A stretch of DNA of 13,889 nucleotides from an uncultured archaeon (GTDB taxonomy: Archaea; Aenigmatarchaeota; Aenigmatarchaeia; GW2011-AR5), in assembly GCA_964373695.1 (NCBI GenBank), contig CAYJVT010000011.1, forward strand, positions 8,046-21,934, read 5' to 3'. How positions within the stretch are numbered: the first letter of the stretch is position 1; every line of letters begins with the position of its first letter. Made by a program: the position numbers and the translations under genes. Of this stretch, positions 1-5,595 are shown in pieces. The notes below the pieces were generated by a model, which made no database searches, was not told the origin of the DNA, and saw nothing but the letters and a program-made list of their open reading frames with translations.

Positions 1-196
1 CGCCGTCAAAGCTTTCATCTTCCAGTACGGCCGGGAGAACAAGGTATAAGGTCTGGTCCTGGCGGCCGTGATGTTGGCTTTCATTGAGTATGGCGACAAA
101 CACTTCATAATGAAATCCAGGACTCAGAGCTCTCTGGAGCGGTGACTTCACATCGTCGTCATCTGCCTTGGCGATTTCCTTGATGCCGAGGAGCAT
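1..196 (-). CDS. Possible 5' part of a hypothetical gene running off the left edge (MLLGIKEIAKADDDDVKSPLQRALSPGF...)
   Basis: Open frame from ATG at 196 to the window edge with GC-rich third positions. No RBS is visible, no family is recognised, and it abuts the first CRISPR repeat. Confidence 0.3.
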   Translation of the reverse strand, partial: MLLGIKEIAKADDDDVKSPLQRALSPGFHYEVFVAILNESQHHGRQDQTLYLVLPAVLEDESFDG

Positions 197-200
197 GGCT

Positions 201-378
201 CTTGCACGACATCCCACACCAATCTGGGATATGGAACTGGTGGATGGCGAGAGAGCCATCGGGAAGGACAGACCTTGCACGGACATCCCACACCAATCTG
301 AGATATGGAACTCAAGGGGGGAATAGAATATATGGAACCATCTTGCCAAGGGGAGATACTTGCACGACATTCCACACC
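201..378 (+). CRISPR. Degenerate CRISPR mini-array 1: full repeat 201-237, repeat with a 1-nt insertion 274-311, 3' repeat remnant ATATGGAAC 330-338, 5' half repeat 359-378
   Basis: CTTGCACGACATCCCACACCAATCTGGGATATGGAAC at 201-237 is identical to the repeat at 4166-4202. The 36-bp spacer spans 238-273. The second interval (312-358, 47 bp) contains a repeat 3' remnant. Confidence 0.9.
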
Positions 379-381
379 TAA

Positions 382-429
382 TGGCCTCTTCCAAGGCCAC
401 GAGCCGAGGCCAAGGCACTCGGCGAATCC
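382..429 (+). ncRNA. tracrRNA-like two-hairpin element, copy A1 (class alpha)
   Basis: GGCC-TCTTCCAA-GGCC, then GCCGAG-N9-CTCGGC, then GAATCC. Near-identical to 3758-3806. Loop TTCCA is complementary to TGGAA at the repeat 3' end. Confidence 0.7.
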
Positions 430-454
430 TATTACGTCTGCCAATATCCTTTCA

Positions 455-510
455 TGGCGTCTTCCAGCGCCAAGAGTTGAGTCTTCGGAACTCAACAAAT
501 CCCACACCAA
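455..510 (+). ncRNA. tracrRNA-like two-hairpin element, copy A2 (class beta)
   Basis: GGCG-TCTTCCAG-CGCC, then GTTGAG-N9-CTCAAC, then AAATCCCACACCAA. The final ATCCCACACCAA equals repeat nt 11-22. Stem sequences differ from A1 but pairing is preserved. Confidence 0.7.
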
Positions 511-525
511 GTAGTTTGAACAAAG

Positions 526-570
526 AGGCTGTTTCATTCAGCCTGATGGCGTCTCTTCGGTGACGCCGAC
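526..570 (+). other. Two-hairpin element B with similar architecture but a different loop
   Basis: AGGCTG-TTTCATT-CAGCCT (526-544) followed by GGCGTC-N8-GACGCC (548-567), in the 5' region of effector 1. Confidence 0.4.
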
Positions 571-604
571 GAAATAAATGAACGACCAACCACGGAGGAA
601 ATCC

Positions 605-2209
605 ATGAAGCCCGATTATCCGATCCTCAGCATCAAGATTCTTGTCAGCAGGATGGGAAGCGATTCAGACGACTTCTCCTTCCCCGGAAGAAAATCCCTT
701 TCCTTCATTCCGCGAGAAAGATTCGTCTCTTGTCTTTCCCGCATGCAGGAAGAAGTGTCAAGGCACTACAACCGCTGCATGAGGGAGATGTTCATTACAT
801 TCGCCAGTTCCAACAGGCTCCGGCAGTCAGACGTAACCCGGTGCACGAAGCCCGTGACGCCGGTTCTGGGGGCGTACATACGCAATGGCCTCGCCTCGAA
901 ACTGGCTGCAACTTTCCGCAGGCGGGAGATGGCCTTCGCTTCGGCTAGGCTGCCTTCGGCTAACAGCAGCCTTCCCGTCCCGTTCTCCGCGGGATTCTCC
1001 CTAGGCATGACTGACAGGGAAGAGTTTGCAGTCTGTCTGCCACTTCCCTCATCCTTCCTAGGCATGGAAGGGAAGAATATCCAGGTTCCCCTCATCGTCT
1101 CTACGAAGTCCCGCGAGAAGCGAGTCATGAGACAAAGGAGGAAAATGGGCAGCGACTGGCACGGGAAGTCCACGGACGAAGTGGTGATGGGGCTGAAGAG
1201 CGGAAGATACATGTCTTCCTACTGCGAGGTGTTCTGCCGCGACGGCAGGATATGGATAAGCCTCTCCGTGAAGTTGCGGAAGGCCCCATGCCCAGAATGC
1301 AGCAGCGATATGTGGACCGAGACGAAAACGACCAGATGCCTCTCCTGCCACTCGACTGGGAAGGTTGTTAAGGAAGACGAGAAGGGTAGGAAGAGGACGA
1401 TCTGCGAGGGCTGCGGCGAAAGCCATTTCGAGCCTCTCTATCGTTGCGGCAGTTGCGGCTTCAAGATTTACAAGGGCGGCCTTGACGAACTGAGCATTGT
1501 AGGTGATGGTCTCGATCCGGCCGTGACGGGCGGTATCAACTTCGGCGTCGGGAAGTTCGCCTGCTGCGCGACCAACTCGGGAGATGAACACTTCATCATC
1601 GGCGGGTCGGAGATTGTCAACCTCAACACGGAGTTTGCCGGCCGCCGCTGGGAGATGAGCAGGCAGAGCCGTGTCAACAGGGGGGGACGGGGCATTAAAT
1701 ACAAGTTCAGGCCCTACGAATCCATGTCCCGGCGCATGGACGAGAAGCGCAGGACCGTCATAAGGCAGATGGCTGCCGAGATAGTCCTCTTCTTCAGCGA
1801 GCAGCGGGCTTCCACCGTCTTCATGAACAGCATGAGAGGCGTCAAGGACTCCCCTGTTCCCTGGAATTTCTTCCAGATGTTCCAGATAAGGAACGTTCCT
1901 TATGGGGAGTTTATCGCTGCCATCAAGCACGCCCTCGCCAAGGAAGGCATCGCCAGCCTGTTCATTGACGAGAAGCAGTCGGAGGGCGAGAAGGTTGATT
2001 TCTTCGACTTCACTTCCCAGCTCTGCCACAGATGCGGCCATTGGAACAGGCACTTCACCTTCCAGTGGCGCCAGGAGAACGGCTTCCCGCCGTTCAGATG
2101 CAGCAGTTGCGGCAGAGAGTTCGACCCTGATTTCAATGCGGCCAAGCGCGCCTCCATGGGAGCAGATCACATCGCAGCTGTGGAGGGAATCGTGGCTCGC
2201 GACGAGTAA
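605..2209 (+). CDS. Cas12f/Cas14-like (TnpB-family) RNA-guided effector 1, predicted nuclease-dead, 534 aa
   Basis: GGAGG RBS at 594-598 before ATG 605. C-terminal RuvC-like layout: GGINFGVGKFACC (RuvC-I, Asn at the Asp position), STVFMNSM (RuvC-II, Asn at the Glu position), TSQLCHRCGH...CSSCG zinc finger, and DPDFNAA (RuvC-III). Extra 4xCxxC insertion before RuvC-I. Flanked by CRISPR arrays. Confidence 0.85.
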   Translation: MKPDYPILSIKILVSRMGSDSDDFSFPGRKSLSFIPRERFVSCLSRMQEEVSRHYNRCMREMFITFASSNRLRQSDVTRCTKPVTPVLGAYIRNGLASKLAATFRRREMAFASARLPSANSSLPVPFSAGFSLGMTDREEFAVCLPLPSSFLGMEGKNIQVPLIVSTKSREKRVMRQRRKMGSDWHGKSTDEVVMGLKSGRYMSSYCEVFCRDGRIWISLSVKLRKAPCPECSSDMWTETKTTRCLSCHSTGKVVKEDEKGRKRTICEGCGESHFEPLYRCGSCGFKIYKGGLDELSIVGDGLDPAVTGGINFGVGKFACCATNSGDEHFIIGGSEIVNLNTEFAGRRWEMSRQSRVNRGGRGIKYKFRPYESMSRRMDEKRRTVIRQMAAEIVLFFSEQRASTVFMNSMRGVKDSPVPWNFFQMFQIRNVPYGEFIAAIKHALAKEGIASLFIDEKQSEGEKVDFFDFTSQLCHRCGHWNRHFTFQWRQENGFPPFRCSSCGREFDPDFNAAKRASMGADHIAAVEGIVARDE

Positions 2210-2281
2210 ACTGCCACTTCCGCAGGCAAAAGCTGTGCTTTCGGGCATGGCAATTCTATGCGGAACAAACAAGGAGATCCT

Positions 2282-3652
2282 ATGCAAATTCTTCCGAGAT
2301 ACTTCAGGTTCCGTGTCACGGGCCCCGAAGGAATTTTCAGGGCCCTGTCGAAACTCAAGTCCGTGACCGTCAACGCCTTCAACACAGGCGTTGTCAGGCG
2401 TTATCATGGCGAGACACCCTTCCTTCCGGAAGAGCTGTTCGGCAATCCCATGCTGCTCTCGGGCATGAAATCCCAGCTCGCGGAGATGTACGACGATGAT
2501 GCCATCCAGAACGACCGCATCTCGCTTCCGACCCAGGCCTACGACAGGATGAGAGTGAGGTTCGAGTCCAAGCACGGCCTCATGCTAGAAAGGCGAGGCG
2601 ACAGGTACGCGCTCCTGCTCGTCTTCCCTGCCTTTTCGATCATGGAAGGCGACAAGGGAAAACTGGCCGAATTCTCCGGAGAATCTGCCGAACTCTCTGT
2701 AGAGATAAGCGGTTCTGTGAAAAGGCGAGACGGAAAATTCCAACCTGCTTCTCATCTCACAGAAGTCGCCTCGCGCATCATGGATGGCACCTACATCAGC
2801 TGCCGGTGCGAATTCTTCCACCATAGGTATCAGGGGTGGGTACTGAATCTGGTAACGTACAATCAGGGCATCGACTGCCTGGAGTGCGGAGCGGACTCTT
2901 GGGAAGAGGCTGGCGAAGTTGTCGTGTGCATGTCATGCGGCCATTCTTACAGTCAGGAAGTATTCTCCCGGATGATGGCGGAGAACCTGAAGCCTCTGCC
3001 CGATGTCAGCTGCGGCATCATGATAGGGCTTTCGACTCCTCTCATCTTCTCTTCCACCGGCCACGAGAGGCGCAGTGTATTCCCAGGAGAGGCTGAGCAC
3101 ATGAGCGGCGTCATCAGGGCCCGCGTCATGTTGCGCCACAAGGGTAACTGGAGCAGCTGGGAAGAAAGGTGGGAAAAAGCGGAAGCTGGTTACAGAGAAC
3201 GCGCCAGGAGAATCGCGGACGGCTGGCGGCGGGTAGTGTATGAACAGGGCGTGCGCAAGACGCGCGCCTCCTGCATCTGGATGCTGAGACATCCGGGAGA
3301 GTGGAATTACTTCACTTACAACCGGCTGCACTTCTTCGAGCCGTCCGATGTCATGGGAGAGGTAAGCAGTTGGCTGTCTTCCCCTCAACGGAAGCACGTG
3401 ATGGAAGTGAGGTTCATGGACGAGGAGTTTACGGAAAGGCATGAAAAACCTTTCGACCCCAGCATGCTGTTCCGTCTCTGCCACTCCTGCGGCAGGCTGT
3501 ATCCCTCTCTTCCCCATCCGCTGCCCAGAGACAAGCGCGGCCGGTTCCCTCTATTCGAATGCGTCTGCGGAACCAAGACGACGCTCGACGCCAATGCCGC
3601 CAAGAACCTTGCCGGCGGCGAGGAGACGATGGGAAAGATCGCTTCGCTGTAG
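2282..3652 (+). CDS. Cas12f/Cas14-like (TnpB-family) RNA-guided effector 2, predicted nuclease-dead, 456 aa
   Basis: AGGAG RBS at 2272-2276 before ATG 2282. N-terminal RYFRFRV strand, CGIMIGLSTPLIFS (RuvC-I, Met at the Asp position), SCIWMLRH (RuvC-II region without Glu), CHSCG...CVCG zinc finger, and LDANAAKNLA (RuvC-III, canonical DxNAAxNI/L). Extra CLECG...CMSCG ribbon. Confidence 0.85.
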   Translation: MQILPRYFRFRVTGPEGIFRALSKLKSVTVNAFNTGVVRRYHGETPFLPEELFGNPMLLSGMKSQLAEMYDDDAIQNDRISLPTQAYDRMRVRFESKHGLMLERRGDRYALLLVFPAFSIMEGDKGKLAEFSGESAELSVEISGSVKRRDGKFQPASHLTEVASRIMDGTYISCRCEFFHHRYQGWVLNLVTYNQGIDCLECGADSWEEAGEVVVCMSCGHSYSQEVFSRMMAENLKPLPDVSCGIMIGLSTPLIFSSTGHERRSVFPGEAEHMSGVIRARVMLRHKGNWSSWEERWEKAEAGYRERARRIADGWRRVVYEQGVRKTRASCIWMLRHPGEWNYFTYNRLHFFEPSDVMGEVSSWLSSPQRKHVMEVRFMDEEFTERHEKPFDPSMLFRLCHSCGRLYPSLPHPLPRDKRGRFPLFECVCGTKTTLDANAAKNLAGGEETMGKIASL

Positions 3653-3660
3653 AAAAACGG

Positions 3661-3691
3661 AAGGGCGGGCTTGAAAGGGGGCCCGCCCTTT
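3661..3691 (+). terminator. Strong GC hairpin 8 nt after the effector 2 stop: terminator, processing signal or 5' stem of the downstream RNA
   Basis: AAGGGCGGGC (3661-3670) pairs perfectly with GCCCGCCCTT (3681-3690). The U tail is only short, so termination may be leaky. Confidence 0.5.
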
Positions 3692-3693
3692 CA

Positions 3694-3742
3694 TGGCCTC
3701 TTCCAGGGCCATAAGTCGAGCTTACGAGACTCGACAAATCCC
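3694..3742 (+). ncRNA. tracrRNA-like two-hairpin element, copy A3 (class beta)
   Basis: GGCC-TCTTCCAG-GGCC, then GTCGAG-N9-CTCGAC, then AAATCCC. Preceded by CCTTTCA, exactly as A2 is. Confidence 0.72.
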
Positions 3743-3757
3743 TGCTTAATTGTACTC

Positions 3758-3806
3758 TGGCCTCTTCCAGGGCCACGAGCCGAGGCCAAGGCACTCGGCA
3801 AATCTC
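3758..3806 (+). ncRNA. tracrRNA-like two-hairpin element, copy A4 (class alpha)
   Basis: GGCC-TCTTCCAG-GGCC, then GCCGAG-N9-CTCGGC, then AAATCTC. The tail ATCTC is complementary to the GAGAT repeat variant of the adjacent array. Confidence 0.72.
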
Positions 3807-3871
3807 TGACCTACTGACAATGTTCTGCAGGAAATCGAGTGAAATGGTCGAAAATCGTCGAATCCACGGCT
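3807..3871 (+). promoter_or_regulatory. Putative leader of CRISPR array 2
   Basis: Non-coding stretch before the first repeat. It ends CACGGCT, and array 1 is preceded by CATGGCT. Confidence 0.45.
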
Positions 3872-4202
3872 CTTGCACGACATCTCACACCAATCTGAGA
3901 TATGGAACCCGAGCATAAGGAGCCTCAAAGCGCACACCAAGACGCACTTGCACGACATCTCACACCAATCTGAGATATGGAACCGTCGTTCCCACTATCA
4001 GTCCCCACGCACTCAAGCACTTGCACGACATCTCACACCAATCTGAGATATGGAACCGAATCCACGTGCAGACTTGCCATGACCCTCACTAACTTGCACG
4101 ACATCTCACACCAATCTGAGATATGGAACAGACATATTCAATTCGTCTGCTCGACGACCCCGCTACTTGCACGACATCCCACACCAATCTGGGATATGGA
4201 AC
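3872..4202 (+). CRISPR. CRISPR array 2: 5 repeats of 37 bp and 4 spacers (38, 36, 36, 36 bp)
   Basis: Repeats at 3872, 3947, 4020 and 4093 are CTTGCACGACATCTCACACCAATCTGAGATATGGAAC. The repeat at 4166 is the ATCCC/GGGAT variant. All spacers are unique. Orientation is inferred from the GGAAC 3' end, typical of type V-F repeats. Confidence 0.97.
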
Positions 4203-4315
4203 AAGCTTGGCCTCTTAGAGGCTCGTAATTCTCTAAAGGCTGAACTCCGGTAACCGAGAAGCAATCAAGAACGCCTTCCCATGGCGTTCTCCCCTTCCTG
4301 CATAAGGAGAAGAAC

Positions 4316-4474
4316 ATGCGGAAAGCCGTTCCATTCATCATTGCAGTTCTCGTCCCCGTCGGCTGCATCATCGCGATGCAGAACGGCATCCACATCAACG
4401 GCCAGGACGGCCTCTTCTGCTTGTCAGCGTTCCTCCTATGGAAGCTTGTCAGCATGAAAAAGGTAAGAGAATGA
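4316..4474 (+). CDS. Small hypothetical membrane protein, 52 aa (MRKAVPFIIAVLVPVGCIIAM...)
   Basis: AAGGAG RBS at 4304-4309, two hydrophobic segments, and an ATGA stop/start overlap with the next gene. Confidence 0.65.
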   Translation: MRKAVPFIIAVLVPVGCIIAMQNGIHINGQDGLFCLSAFLLWKLVSMKKVRE

Positions 4475-5007
4475 GCATGCAGAACCCATTCAGCACGCCC
4501 GAGCTGGTTCAGGCAGCGAGGAAGGAGGCCGATACGCTGGTGGACGAGTTCCTGCAGAACCCGGAAGACCCGGAGGTCGTGAACGACATCCTGCACTGTG
4601 GGGACGCCGAGATGTATTCGAAGTCCCTGTCGCTGCAGATGCTTGCCATGGGTGGAGGGTGTACAGAACATGAGGAGTTAAGTGCGGCCGAGCTGGAGAT
4701 TGCAGCAACCCGTCTGCAGGCGATGCTTCATACAGGAACGTTTCTGATGGAGCGGCTCGGGAGAGAGAAATTTCCCGAGGCGGCAAATATGAAGGACATC
4801 GTCAGAGCGTCCCATTTCATTGTTTGGAAGGCCCGTGACGATGTCGTTGAGATGCTCCATATGTCGGAGCAAGAGCCGGAGGAAGAAGTCGTCGGGACGG
4901 AAACGAACGAGGATGGGCCATCGGAGACATCGCTGACACCTCGGGCTGTTCTACTGTTTCTCATCCTGTTCGCCTGCATCGTCATCCTCATCAGGACATG
5001 CGGCTAG
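4471..5007 (+). CDS. Hypothetical helical protein with an acidic linker and C-terminal membrane anchor, 178 aa
   Basis: ATGA overlap start at 4471. C-terminal AVLLFLILFACIVILI transmembrane segment. Confidence 0.75.
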   Translation: MSMQNPFSTPELVQAARKEADTLVDEFLQNPEDPEVVNDILHCGDAEMYSKSLSLQMLAMGGGCTEHEELSAAELEIAATRLQAMLHTGTFLMERLGREKFPEAANMKDIVRASHFIVWKARDDVVEMLHMSEQEPEEEVVGTETNEDGPSETSLTPRAVLLFLILFACIVILIRTCG

Positions 5008-5076
5008 GGAAAGGAGTCACGAACACGGATTCATATCTCCCCATTTTCCAACCTTCTCCCCAGAAGAGAGCGGGAA

Positions 5077-5277
5077 ATGAAACGCAAGTATAACTGCCCT
5101 GCATGTGGCGGCTTCCTCTCTTTGGATAAACAGGAGAAGAATGAAGAGGAACTTCAGGTTGACGCCACGTGCCGTGCCTGCGGATTCAGGGGAATGGCAA
5201 TCCTCGCGATAAACAACGGCATCGTGAGATGGCCGGAGCGTATAAGATTCGAGAAGCTTGATGTACTCGTCGTGTAG
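5077..5277 (+). CDS. Small zinc-ribbon protein, 66 aa
   Basis: CPACG...CRACG pair. Confidence 0.72.
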   Translation: MKRKYNCPACGGFLSLDKQEKNEEELQVDATCRACGFRGMAILAINNGIVRWPERIRFEKLDVLVV

Positions 5278-5325
5278 CCAAGCGGAATTCACACTCACTC
5301 GCACAGTTGAATAGGGAGAAACATC

Positions 5326-5595
5326 ATGGGGAAGGATGGCCTTACAGCCGGTGGAGTGCAGGTGTCGCTCAGGGCCGTGGTGGAGCGGCTTGACGATTTC
5401 ATCGAGGAAGAAATCGAGCCGTCAAGGAGGGATGACGGCAAGGCAGAGGCCGCCTACAACCTCAGGAGAGGATTTGCCGCCAGATTACCCGGAGGCGGCG
5501 GCGACGTGACGGAAGCGTGGCCGCTCAAAAGGGCGGAGAGCTTCTGCAGGAGCTACGGCGGCACGGTGGAGGGGCTCCGGGGAGCTGAAGCATGA
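5326..5595 (+). CDS. Hypothetical protein, 89 aa
   Basis: GGGAG RBS upstream and an ATGA overlap with the next ORF. Confidence 0.65.
   Translation: MGKDGLTAGGVQVSLRAVVERLDDFIEEEIEPSRRDDGKAEAAYNLRRGFAARLPGGGGDVTEAWPLKRAESFCRSYGGTVEGLRGAEA

Noticed and set aside
148-563. ORFs 148-537(-), 305-514(+) and 360-563(+)
   Set aside because: They run through CRISPR repeats and the structured elements, so they are spurious frames.
2212-2265. Possible stem-loop between the two effector genes (TTCCGCA/TGCGGAA)
   Set aside because: Only a 7-bp stem, no similarity to the A elements or the repeat, and compatible with chance in GC-rich DNA.
1058-2575. 505-aa minus-strand ORF, and likewise 7956-9122(-) 388 aa
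   Set aside because: Antisense shadows of GC-rich genes with clear family motifs on the + strand. No recognisable motifs of their own.
605-3652. Interpretation as ordinary IS200/IS605 or IS607 tnpB transposon genes
   Set aside because: No tnpA or serine recombinase, two paralogs in tandem, degenerate RuvC sites, and direct association with CRISPR arrays.
3946-4165. All four array-2 spacers end in A, suggesting a 38-bp repeat
   Set aside because: The first repeats of both arrays are preceded by T and repeat 274 by C, so the 37-bp boundary was kept.
3746-4228. ORFs 3746-3958(-) and 3977-4228(+)
   Set aside because: Translations of array 2 and its leader, with repeated peptide motifs derived from the repeats.
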